This document shows, piece after piece, positions 9,743-18,473 of a DNA stretch of 64,000 nucleotides (its first letter is position 1; every line of letters begins with the position of its first letter). Below the pieces are notes generated by a model. It was given only the letters and a program-made list of their open reading frames with translations. It was not told the DNA's origin and did no database searches. The DNA comes from Alkalispirochaeta sp. (lineage in GTDB: Bacteria > Spirochaetota > Spirochaetia > DSM-27196 > Alkalispirochaetaceae). Both the position numbers and the translations under genes were made by a program. Where the stretch lies: positions 864,001 to 928,000 of the forward strand of contig OZ271854.1 in the NCBI GenBank assembly GCA_965601925.1, written 5' to 3'.

Positions 9743-11269
9743 CTATTCGATACGCGCGTCGCGTAGATCGAGAGAAATGGGAGAAAACCCGTACGCCTCT
9801 CCGACGAGCCGATCATTCTTTGCGTACGACGAGAGCGGGTAATAGAGCGTCAGATACGGGACGTCCCGCACCACCGCCTCGTGGACCCGCGCGTAGAGCT
9901 CACGTCGTTCCTGAGCGTCTCCCGCGGCACGCGCCTCCTCCAACATTCGATCGACCTCGTCGTTCGCATAAAGCGATCGGTTATCCGCATCGTGCTGAGC
10001 GGAGTGTAACAACGCATAGAGCGTATAGTCGGCGTCCAGCGTTACCGTTCCCCACGTGGTGAGCCACAAGTCGTGGTCGCTCGCCGAGGTCGCCGCGGCA
10101 AACGCGCCATAGTCGGTGATCTCGGCCTCGACCGCAATCCCGACGTCCGCGAGTTGCGCCTGAATGGCGGTGGCGAGCTGACGCGTTTCCGCCCGTTCGA
10201 ACGTATTGAGCGCGATGGTCAGCGGCAGCTCGACGCCGGCATCTTCCAGGAGCCTGCGCGCTCGGTCGGGATCGAAGGGAATCGCCTCCGCATCGGTCTG
10301 CGATCCGAACACGGTGTCGGGGATCATGGCGACCGCAGGCAGCGCCATACCCTCACGCAAATTGTCGATAATTCCCTGCCGATCTATGGCGAGAGCGATA
10401 GCCCGACGCACCCGTTCGTCGGCGAGAGGTCCCCGAAGCGTGTTGTATCCGAGGTAAACCGATCCCCATCCGAGAAACCGTTCGGCGCTCAACTCCGGAT
10501 CGTCATCGATCGAGGCAAATCGCTCGGGCGGTACGTCGGAAACGAGGTCGACCGTCCCCGTCTGAAGCGCCACCAACTGCGTTCCCGTCTCCGGGATAAC
10601 CTGAAATGTGATGTTCCGAATCGTCGGCGCTCCGCCCCAATACTCGACGTTGGCGCGTAGACGAAGATCGGTATTGCTCGATCGACTCTCAAAGACGAAC
10701 GGACCGGTACCGACGGGATCGACTCCCAAGTCGCCGGCGGCGGCCGCGGGACTGACGATCGCCGTCACCGGATGGGACAGATGGGCCGGAAGGGGCGCGA
10801 AGGGGCGATCGGTAACGATACGTATCGTTCGCTCGTCGATGACGCTCACCTCCTCCACCATCGTGAGAATGAATGAGCCGATCGCCCGCGTCTCGGGGTT
10901 CAAAAGACGATCGATACTGAATCTGACCGCCTCGGCATCGAAGGCCGTGCCGTCGTGAAACCGCACCCCGTCGCGAAGCGTGAACTCCCACGTCGTATCG
11001 TCGATCGCACTCCACGATTCGGCCAACTCCGGCTCCAACGTTCCGTCCGGAGCGCGGTGGACCAACGTCTCGTATATCTGATTCGTAACGGTGAAGACGA
11101 AACCGTTGAAGGATCGGTGCGGATCCAAAGTAGACGGGTCGCCGCCGAGCGCGATGGTAACCGTCTGCTGCCGCACCTCATCGCTCTCGGAGGTCCCGGA
11201 CGCCCGGACGCCCGCTCCCGCCGTAATCAGCAAAACGACGATCAATGCACTTCGAATACATCTCTCCAT
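9743..11269 (-). CDS. Family 5 ABC substrate-binding protein (DppA/GsiB-like)
   Basis: TLDPH..IYETLV; FTLRDGVRFHDGT; PVGTGPF; VRRAIALAIDR. Signal peptide begins at ATG 11269. Confidence 0.9.
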   Translation of the reverse strand: MERCIRSALIVVLLITAGAGVRASGTSESDEVRQQTVTIALGGDPSTLDPHRSFNGFVFTVTNQIYETLVHRAPDGTLEPELAESWSAIDDTTWEFTLRDGVRFHDGTAFDAEAVRFSIDRLLNPETRAIGSFILTMVEEVSVIDERTIRIVTDRPFAPLPAHLSHPVTAIVSPAAAAGDLGVDPVGTGPFVFESRSSNTDLRLRANVEYWGGAPTIRNITFQVIPETGTQLVALQTGTVDLVSDVPPERFASIDDDPELSAERFLGWGSVYLGYNTLRGPLADERVRRAIALAIDRQGIIDNLREGMALPAVAMIPDTVFGSQTDAEAIPFDPDRARRLLEDAGVELPLTIALNTFERAETRQLATAIQAQLADVGIAVEAEITDYGAFAAATSASDHDLWLTTWGTVTLDADYTLYALLHSAQHDADNRSLYANDEVDRMLEEARAAGDAQERRELYARVHEAVVRDVPYLTLYYPLSSYAKNDRLVGEAYGFSPISLDLRDARIE

Positions 11270-11293
11270 GTCGGTACCCCCTGAATGAATGTT

Positions 11294-11323
11294 GTATTGC
11301 AGACCGAACGACATCTGCAATAC
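11294..11323. promoter_or_regulatory. 10-bp inverted repeat upstream of the family 5 SBP
   Basis: GTATTGCAGA-N10-TCTGCAATAC. Confidence 0.5.
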
Positions 11324-11345
11324 GAACCGCCCCGTCGGCGCGTGT

Positions 11346-12584
11346 CTACGCCGACTCGATCGAGACTTTAATCGGGCCCACCAGCGTACGGTGCACCGGA
11401 CAACGATGGGCGATCTCCACAAGGCGCGCCCGCTGGTCGTCGTCCAACGCGCCGCGGAGCGCCAACGACACCCGAATATGCGTCCCCTGGCCCCGCGTTT
11501 CTCGAGCCCACTCGGCGGGAAACCCGAGTTCTTCGGCGGCGTGCCTACTATACTTAAGGTGTGTCGTTACCTCCTCCAACGGCCACTCCTTCCGATCCGC
11601 GTACATTCGTACCGTCATAACGGTGCATGCGGCGAGTCCCCACAGGAGATAGTCGAACGGCGTTCCGCCGAGGTCACCACCGCCGGCATCGGACGGTTCA
11701 TCGGCCAGCTGGTGGTGCCGACCGTCGGATAGCGTCACCCGATAGTGATCGCGCCCGATCCGTCCCGTGACGTTCCAGCCCTCGGCGGGTTCGACGAACC
11801 CGTCGCTCGACGGTGCAGGGGCGGGCAAAAACGAGTCCGCCCACGCCGCCAGGACGCGCGCAACGTGACGTGCGTCGCGCGCATTCGACAACAGATGATC
11901 GGCCCGATCGAGAGAGACGAAACTTTTGGGATGGCGTACGGCGGTGTATATGTCCTGCGCGTTGGAGATATCGACTACGTTGTCGATCGGACTATGAAAT
12001 ATGAGAACGCGCGTGCGGAGCTCGCCGAGCCACGTCGACGGCGGATGCGCTCGAAGATCGTCGATAAACTCCTTCCGTATGGAGAACGGGCGACCACCGA
12101 TCGAGACGCGCGCCTCCCCGGTGCGCTCTATCTCTTCGACCTCACAGGTAAACAGCTTCGTAACGTGCACCGGATCCGCGGGCGCCCCGATCGTTGCGAT
12201 ACCCTCGACGCCGTCTATCTTGCGTGCGGCAAAGAGCGTCGCGGTTCCTCCGAGGGAGTGACCGATCATGATCGCGGGCGACGAACCGTACTCGGCCTTC
12301 ATAAATGCGGCCGCAGCGACCAAGTCGGCGGCTTGGGAAGAGAAGGTCGTCTCCGAAAACGATCCTTCGCTCTCTCCCAGACCGGCAAAGTCGAAACTGA
12401 GTACCGCAATCCCCTCGTCGGCAAGTGAGCGCGCGATACGTCTGACTGCGAGCAGGTTCTTGGTGCACGTGAAGCAGTGGGCGAACAACGCCCATGCGCG
12501 CGGCGGGCCGTCCGCCGGAACGTCGACTTTGGCGGCAAGCGCCTCTCCCCGATCATTGAGAAAACGTACCGTTGTCCCCTGCAT
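11346..12584 (-). CDS. Bifunctional alpha/beta hydrolase-OsmC family protein
   Basis: FAHCFTC, GHSLGG and ADHLL in the hydrolase part; C-terminal ADEP..GG.D.G.TP...LAACT...HRCPVHRTL. GGAGG SD. Confidence 0.92.
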   Translation of the reverse strand: MQGTTVRFLNDRGEALAAKVDVPADGPPRAWALFAHCFTCTKNLLAVRRIARSLADEGIAVLSFDFAGLGESEGSFSETTFSSQAADLVAAAAFMKAEYGSSPAIMIGHSLGGTATLFAARKIDGVEGIATIGAPADPVHVTKLFTCEVEEIERTGEARVSIGGRPFSIRKEFIDDLRAHPPSTWLGELRTRVLIFHSPIDNVVDISNAQDIYTAVRHPKSFVSLDRADHLLSNARDARHVARVLAAWADSFLPAPAPSSDGFVEPAEGWNVTGRIGRDHYRVTLSDGRHHQLADEPSDAGGGDLGGTPFDYLLWGLAACTVMTVRMYADRKEWPLEEVTTHLKYSRHAAEELGFPAEWARETRGQGTHIRVSLALRGALDDDQRARLVEIAHRCPVHRTLVGPIKVSIESA

Positions 12585-12604
12585 TCGGATCCTCCGATTT
12601 CACG

Positions 12605-12632
12605 AGTACATTACGTTCACCCTCAATGTACT
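12605..12632. promoter_or_regulatory. 8-bp inverted repeat in the divergent osmC/DUF547 promoter region
   Basis: AGTACATT-N12-AATGTACT. Confidence 0.45.
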
Positions 12633-12694
12633 ATTGCGGGCCGCCGACGGTCGATTAGTTGACGATACAAGTAATCGTGATAACTTTATGCTCC

Positions 12695-13504
12695 ATGAAA
12701 TGCGCACGTATTCATGGCGTCTTTGGGGTGGTTTTGGCGGGTCTCCTTGTTCCGGCGGCGCTCACGGCCGCACCGCAAGCCGAACTATGGCCGCGCTGGG
12801 AATCTCACGATCCGACGAGCACCATCGTGGTGGATCACGACCTGTGGCAGGAGTTCATCGACGAGTACATCGTTACCGACCATCCCACGGGGGTCGTCCG
12901 GGTCGACTATGCCGCAGTGACCGACGGCGACCGCCGGGACCTCCAGGCATACATCCGGGCGATGGAGGCCGTTCCGGTCGACGACCTCTCGCGGAACGAG
13001 CAACTTCCCTATTGGCTCAATCTATACAATGCGATAACCGTGGAGCTGATCCTGGAACACTATCCTTTGGATAGCATACGCGATATCAACCGTCCTTGGG
13101 ATACGCCGATCGCTACGGTGGAGGGTATCGAGGTCACGCTCAACGATATCGAGCATCGCATCATTCGGCCGATATGGATGGATCCGCGCATTCACTACGT
13201 TATCAACTGCGCGAGTTACGGCTGTCCCGATCTCTACCCTGTGGCGCTCACAGGGGATAACATCGACGGGATCATGGACCGCGCCGCAAGAATGTATCTC
13301 GCCCACCCCCGCGGCGTACGGTTCGAGGGAAATCGCCTGATCCTATCGAGCATTTTCGACTGGTTTCAGCCCGACTTCGGCACCGACGAGGAGGAGGTGC
13401 TCGCTCACATCGCGCAGTACGCACCGGCCGAGGTATCCTCGCGGTTTTCCCAGCGGAGGGGACGCATCCGGTACGAATACGATTGGGCGCTCAACAGCCC
13501 GTAA
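12695..13504 (+). CDS. DUF547 domain-containing exported protein
   Basis: YWLNLYNA; TLNDIEH.IIR; DPRIHYVINCASYGCP; LSSIFDWF..DF; YDWALN. Signal peptide present. Confidence 0.9.
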   Translation: MKCARIHGVFGVVLAGLLVPAALTAAPQAELWPRWESHDPTSTIVVDHDLWQEFIDEYIVTDHPTGVVRVDYAAVTDGDRRDLQAYIRAMEAVPVDDLSRNEQLPYWLNLYNAITVELILEHYPLDSIRDINRPWDTPIATVEGIEVTLNDIEHRIIRPIWMDPRIHYVINCASYGCPDLYPVALTGDNIDGIMDRAARMYLAHPRGVRFEGNRLILSSIFDWFQPDFGTDEEEVLAHIAQYAPAEVSSRFSQRRGRIRYEYDWALNSP

Positions 13505-13740
13505 ACCGAACGACCGCTTCGGCGTCCCGTTGTTGACGAGACGCCCCCTACCTACCTTATACCATTCCGGGTACCGAAACGGATGGTGGATAATTGCCGC
13601 CCTTCGATATATCATAGAGGCGGCGGACCGTTGCCGGGACGTTCGATTACACGCTCCGGCTCGGCTTCGGTCAGCCTCTTCACGTGTGGCTTGTCTTTCT
13701 CTGATTATTTCAGTTAGGTTTATCGTAGGGGGTAGTGACT

Positions 13741-14208
13741 ATGCTTGCACATGCAATTGATAAGAAGAAACGGACCGTATACAGCCCCAGTGATTTCGCC
13801 GATATCCACAGCATCTGCATCGCGACCAATATCGGAAAGGCGAACAGGATCGTCAGTAGAATCTATGAAGAGGCGTTCCGCGAGGTCGGTATATCGTCGC
13901 CGCAGTTTGCGCTTTTGGTCGCGTTGGTCATCAGTCCCGGATCAACCTCCAGCGAAATCGCAGAGACTCTGGGCTCGGACCCGAGCACGGTATCCCGAAA
14001 TACCGAGCTCCTCGTCAAACGCGGTCTCATTTCAGTAAAGCCCGGCGTCGACCGGCGAGTACGTACGTTTTCGCTTACCGAACACGGCGAGCATACGATC
14101 CAATGCTGCGTTCCGCGGTGGAAACGGGCGCAACGCGCGGCACTGCGCAAGATCGGCCGCTCTCACTGGCGGGACATTCGGCGAAGCTTGAGACGCCTCG
14201 CCGGCTGA
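13741..14208 (+). CDS. MarR family transcriptional regulator
   Basis: CIATNIGKANRIVSRIYE..F; DPSTVSRN..LL.KRGLI; DRRVR..LT..G. Confidence 0.88.
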   Translation: MLAHAIDKKKRTVYSPSDFADIHSICIATNIGKANRIVSRIYEEAFREVGISSPQFALLVALVISPGSTSSEIAETLGSDPSTVSRNTELLVKRGLISVKPGVDRRVRTFSLTEHGEHTIQCCVPRWKRAQRAALRKIGRSHWRDIRRSLRRLAG

Positions 14209-14234
14209 ATATCCGTTGCATTTACAAACAATTA

Positions 14235-14263
14235 TTGACGACGGCGTGTCTCCGCGGTAGCTT
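14235..14263 (+). promoter_or_regulatory. Sigma70-like promoter of the TVP38-reductase operon (probably leaderless)
   Basis: TTGACG-N17-TAGCTT, then 7 nt to ATG 14271; no SD. Confidence 0.55.
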
Positions 14264-14270
14264 TCTGGCC

Positions 14271-15011
14271 ATGAGACCTGGAAATATTGTGCGTTTCGCG
14301 CTTATCGCCGCCATAGTCGTTCTGGCGATTGTCCTGGGAGTTCGATTCGATGTGCAGTCAATACTCCGCGATCTGCTCGGCTGGGTCGAATCACAAGGGT
14401 TCACCGGGGTGTTGGTCTTCATTGCGGTCTACATTTTTGCAACGGTGTTCTTCATTCCCGGCAGCATTTTGACCCTCGGCGCGGGCGCGGTCTTCGGCGT
14501 CGGCGCGGGCACCGCGTGGGTATCCGCCGCGTCAACGCTGGGCGCCTTTGCGGCATTTCTCACCGGGCGCTACATCGCACGTGGATGGGTCGCCGCCAAG
14601 ATCGACGACAATCCGCGCTTCGCGGCGATCGATACGGCGGTCGGTCGCGAGGGGTGGAAGATCGTTCTCCTCACGCGACTCTCACCGATTTTCCCCTTTA
14701 ACCTACTCAACTACGCGTACGGCCTCACGGCGGTTTCCGCATCGTCGTATTTCTTTGCATCGTGGATAGGAATGCTTCCGGGAACGGTCATGTACGTGTA
14801 TATCGGCTCGTTGGCGGCAAATCTCGCGACGCTCGGCAGCGCTTCGGGAGAACGCGATATGGTGCAATGGATTCTATACGGTGTCGGACTCGTGGCCACG
14901 ATTGCGGTGACGCTATTCGTAACGCGTGTCGCCAGACGAGCGTTGAAAACGGCCATCGACGACACGCCCGATACACCCACTACGCACGGCAACCAGGAGG
15001 TAGAGTCATGA
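14271..15011 (+). CDS. TVP38/TMEM64 (DedA/SNARE-associated, YdjX/YdjZ-like) membrane protein
   Basis: IPGSILTLGAGAVFG; LTRLSPIFPFNLLNYAYGLT; GMLPGT. Confidence 0.92.
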   Translation: MRPGNIVRFALIAAIVVLAIVLGVRFDVQSILRDLLGWVESQGFTGVLVFIAVYIFATVFFIPGSILTLGAGAVFGVGAGTAWVSAASTLGAFAAFLTGRYIARGWVAAKIDDNPRFAAIDTAVGREGWKIVLLTRLSPIFPFNLLNYAYGLTAVSASSYFFASWIGMLPGTVMYVYIGSLAANLATLGSASGERDMVQWILYGVGLVATIAVTLFVTRVARRALKTAIDDTPDTPTTHGNQEVES

Positions 15012-16549
15012 AACGGCCCGAAGTTCTTCCCGCGGATCGATACAACACGGTCTTACTCGACAACGTCCACCCGCTCGATTGGACCAATCCGGAACCCTCG
15101 GGCACATACAACGTCGTCGTCGTCGGCGCCGGAACCGCAGGCCTCATCAGCGCCTCGATCGCCGCCTCTCTCGGCGCCCGCACGGCGCTCGTAGAGCGGC
15201 ACTTCTTGGGTGGAGACTGTCTCAACGTCGGGTGCGTACCGTCCAAGGGCGTAATCCGCGGAGCCCGCGCACAAGCCGAGTTGAACTGGCTTCGCACGAG
15301 CGAGCTTGTCGACGACTCCTCGACAATGCCGCGGGTGTCGTTCCCCGCAGTCATGGAACGCCTCCGCCGCATCCGCTCGGAGATCAGCGGGCACGATTCG
15401 GCCGCTCGCTATCGTGACGAGTTCGGCGTCGACGTGTACATCGGCTCCGGACATTATACCGGAAGAAAGACACTGGAGGTTGTCGGAGACGACGGAACGA
15501 CGCGCCAACTACGCTTCTCCCGTTCCATTATCGCTACCGGCGCTCGCGCCGCCGCGCCCCCCATTCCGGGCCTCGATACCGTGCCCTACCTCACGAATGA
15601 AAATCTGTTCTGGCTCACCGAGCTCCCGGAATCGTTGGTCATTATCGGCGCCGGACCAATCGGTTGCGAGATGGCGCAGAGCTTCGCCCGCCTCGGAAGC
15701 AGGGTGGAGCTCGTCGATATGGCTCCCCGTATCCTGCCGCGCGAGGACGCCGACGTTGCGGAAATCGTGCAGAAGGAGCTTGAGCACGCGGGCGTCCACC
15801 TCCATTTGGGTGTTGCCGTAAAAGAGGTCGGCGGCGGCGAGGAAGCAATCGAGGTGCGCTATACTTCCGGGGCGGGTTCCGCCGGTACGGCCGGGGGACG
15901 GAAACTCCTGGTGGCGGTCGGTCGCGCCGCCAATCTCGACGGTCTCGGGCTCGAGGCGGCGGGCGTAAAAGCTCACAAGCGCGGCATTGCGGTCAACGAC
16001 TTTCTACAAACGAGCAATCGCCGCATATACGCCGCCGGAGACGTAGCGAGCCCGTACCAGTTCACCCATACCGCCGAGGCGAATGCGTCGATTGTCGTGC
16101 AGAACGCGCTGTTTATGCGTACGGCGCGTACGAGTCGCCTCGTCGTCCCGTGGTCGACCTATACCAGTCCGGAGGTCGCGCACGCCGGTATCTCCGAGCA
16201 GGATGCGCAAAAGAGCGGGATCGCCGTCGACGTCTATCGTCACGAGCTTTCGGGGGTAGACCGAGCGCGCCTCGACGGCGAGACCGAGGGGTTCGTGAAG
16301 CTCATTACCCCCCGAGGAAAAACGCGCATCCTGGGTGCGACGATCGTAGCAGCCCACGCCGGCGAGATGATGGGAGAGATCGTCTTGGCGATGCAAAACG
16401 GGCTGGGGGTCGACAAGCTGGCCTCAGTCATTCATCCTTACCCCACTCAAGCCGAGGCGGTGAAGCGCGCCGCGGCGGGATACATCAAGAAGAAGCTGAC
16501 GCCGCGTACCAAGCGGATCTTCAGTACGTGGTTTCGTTGGAATCGGTAG
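15008..16549 (+). CDS. Class-I pyridine nucleotide-disulfide oxidoreductase ('mercuric reductase-like')
   Basis: GAGTAG; redox disulfide GGDCLNVGCVPSK; GAGPIGCE; HPYPTQAE. ATGA overlap with TVP38 and a GGAGG SD. No MerA C-terminal CC pair. Confidence 0.9.
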   Translation: MKRPEVLPADRYNTVLLDNVHPLDWTNPEPSGTYNVVVVGAGTAGLISASIAASLGARTALVERHFLGGDCLNVGCVPSKGVIRGARAQAELNWLRTSELVDDSSTMPRVSFPAVMERLRRIRSEISGHDSAARYRDEFGVDVYIGSGHYTGRKTLEVVGDDGTTRQLRFSRSIIATGARAAAPPIPGLDTVPYLTNENLFWLTELPESLVIIGAGPIGCEMAQSFARLGSRVELVDMAPRILPREDADVAEIVQKELEHAGVHLHLGVAVKEVGGGEEAIEVRYTSGAGSAGTAGGRKLLVAVGRAANLDGLGLEAAGVKAHKRGIAVNDFLQTSNRRIYAAGDVASPYQFTHTAEANASIVVQNALFMRTARTSRLVVPWSTYTSPEVAHAGISEQDAQKSGIAVDVYRHELSGVDRARLDGETEGFVKLITPRGKTRILGATIVAAHAGEMMGEIVLAMQNGLGVDKLASVIHPYPTQAEAVKRAAAGYIKKKLTPRTKRIFSTWFRWNR

Positions 16550-16558
16550 CGAGCAGTA

Positions 16559-18202
16559 ATGAAAACGGGCAAACAACAGTCAGTCAGTATCACGATTTTA
16601 GTCTCATTGGCGGTAGCCATATTGGTCATCGAGGCGATTATCCTCGGTTTTTCGGCGCTCTCTCAGCGTCAAACGCTTCTGGATCATTATCGCTTCAAAG
16701 GTGCGATCATCGGGCTGAGCGTGGGAGAGGACGCCGCTACGGATCCCGATCTCTTGGATCGCGCCGCGGCCCGTCTCGCCGACGAAAACGTCATCGCCAT
16801 CTACGATGCCGCAACCTCGCCCCACGCGAACCGGGAGTGGCGGCGGGACGACTTTGGTGGGGAGCATATTCTGGGCGACGATGCGACGATGCACTATCGC
16901 ATAGCGGGTGTAGAGGTCGTCATCGACATTGCGAGTCTTCCCGGCCAACTGCGCGCATACGCCCTGCGAATCGTCGGTCTGGTGGTGATCATCGTGGTGT
17001 TTGTGACCGTGAGCGGCTACATCGTGCTGTACCCGCAGTTGGTCACGCCGCTTCGCCGTCTGGAGGCGCGTCTTACGGCGATATCGGGCGCCGAGGCTGA
17101 CCTCACCGAGCGGCTGGACGTATCGCGCGGCGATGAGATCGGACGTATCGCCAACTCCTTCGATCAGTTCTCGGAAAATCTGCGGCAAATCATGTGCGTC
17201 GTCCAGACGCGCTCCGACGATCTGTTGGAGAGCTCCGATCGCCTCGTGTCGGAGAGCCAGCGTGCGGCGGATAACGTTTCGGCAAACGGCGAAACGGTGC
17301 GCGAAGTGCACACCGAGTTGGAACACCTCGACGGCGAGCTGCAGGCCGCCTCGTCGTCGGTATCGGAGATTACCAACTCGATCACCGGCCTCAATACGTC
17401 GGTTTTGCGTCAGTCGGACGCGCTCGCCGACTCCCTGGCAGCGGTCGAGGAGATGGACGCGTCGATCCGCAGCTTGGACAAGATCGCCAAGGACAAGAAA
17501 CGCCTCACCGACGATCTGGTCGCCCTTGCCAACGAGGCGGGAGAGCAGATCGGTGAGTCGGTATCGGCGATCGGGATGGTCGAGACCTCCACGCAAGATA
17601 TGCTCGACATGATCGACGTGATTAACGCCGTGGCCGAACAGACGAACCTCCTGGCGATGAACGCCGCGATAGAGGCGGCGCACGCCGGCGAATACGGAAA
17701 GGGCTTTGCCGTAGTCTCCGACGAGATCAGAAAGCTCTCGGAGCTCTCCGGCGAGAACGCGAGCAAGATCAACGCCAATCTTCAGCGCGATGTGGCGCGT
17801 ATCCACGACGCGGGCGAGATCAACCGAAAAGCGCGCGAAGCGTTCGAACGAATCGTCGAGAGTATTCAAGACGTAGCGCAGTCCATGGGAGAGATGTTGG
17901 CGAGCCTCAATGAGCAGTCCGAGGCGAGCCGAGAGATCGTAAAGGCGCTCACGGAAATCAGAGAGGTGACCGATCGCGTGCAGTCGGAGTCGGAACGCAT
18001 CAACGGCAGGGTCGGCTCCATTAACGAGACCGTGGAAGAGCTCGCCGGGTCATCCAGCGCCGTCAATACTCGCATGCAGACGGTCGGCGAACGGATCGGC
18101 AACATCATCGGCGCCATCTCGGAGGTCAACGAGATCGTGCAGGGCAATCAAGAACAGATGCGAGAGCTGATCGGCCTCGTACGGCGGTTTCGCACCACTT
18201 GA
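16559..18202 (+). CDS. Methyl-accepting chemotaxis protein
   Basis: Two TM segments, HAMP (DLTERL...DEIG), and [33 protein letters not shown]. Confidence 0.95.
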   Translation: MKTGKQQSVSITILVSLAVAILVIEAIILGFSALSQRQTLLDHYRFKGAIIGLSVGEDAATDPDLLDRAAARLADENVIAIYDAATSPHANREWRRDDFGGEHILGDDATMHYRIAGVEVVIDIASLPGQLRAYALRIVGLVVIIVVFVTVSGYIVLYPQLVTPLRRLEARLTAISGAEADLTERLDVSRGDEIGRIANSFDQFSENLRQIMCVVQTRSDDLLESSDRLVSESQRAADNVSANGETVREVHTELEHLDGELQAASSSVSEITNSITGLNTSVLRQSDALADSLAAVEEMDASIRSLDKIAKDKKRLTDDLVALANEAGEQIGESVSAIGMVETSTQDMLDMIDVINAVAEQTNLLAMNAAIEAAHAGEYGKGFAVVSDEIRKLSELSGENASKINANLQRDVARIHDAGEINRKAREAFERIVESIQDVAQSMGEMLASLNEQSEASREIVKALTEIREVTDRVQSESERINGRVGSINETVEELAGSSSAVNTRMQTVGERIGNIIGAISEVNEIVQGNQEQMRELIGLVRRFRTT

Positions 18203-18247
18203 CGAAGCGTCTCTCACGCCCGTACACTCGCTGCAGACACTATTATC

Positions 18248-18338
18248 GTATACGGGGAGCTGGAGATTCCGGCTGAGAGGAAGCGTAGCGCTTCGACCCA
18301 TCGAACCTGATCCGGATAATGCCGGTGTAGGGAATCGG
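18248..18338 (+). ncRNA. TPP riboswitch (variant)
   Basis: GGGGAGC...GGCTGAGA...GACCC...AACCTGATCCGGATAATGCCGGTGTAGGGAA, upstream of a THI5/NMT1-family gene. Confidence 0.88.
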
Positions 18339-18352
18339 AGTCGACTTGTAGA

Positions 18353-18380
18353 GCCTTTCGCCCCGGTGGAAGGTTTTTTT
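18353..18380 (+). terminator. Intrinsic terminator (riboswitch expression platform)
   Basis: GCCTTTCGCC..GGTGGAAGGT stem followed by a T-run. Confidence 0.7.
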
Positions 18381-18473
18381 ATTTCCTTCACGGACTAAAA
18401 CCGACCATTCCGCCCGGCGCGACACCCCTTCCTCTTCACAGCCCACCCTCGTTCCATCGTCCCCGGGGAGGAA

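Noticed and set aside
15008..16549. Call as merA / mercury resistance
   Set aside because: No C-terminal Cys-Cys, no NmerA domain and no merR, merT or merP nearby.
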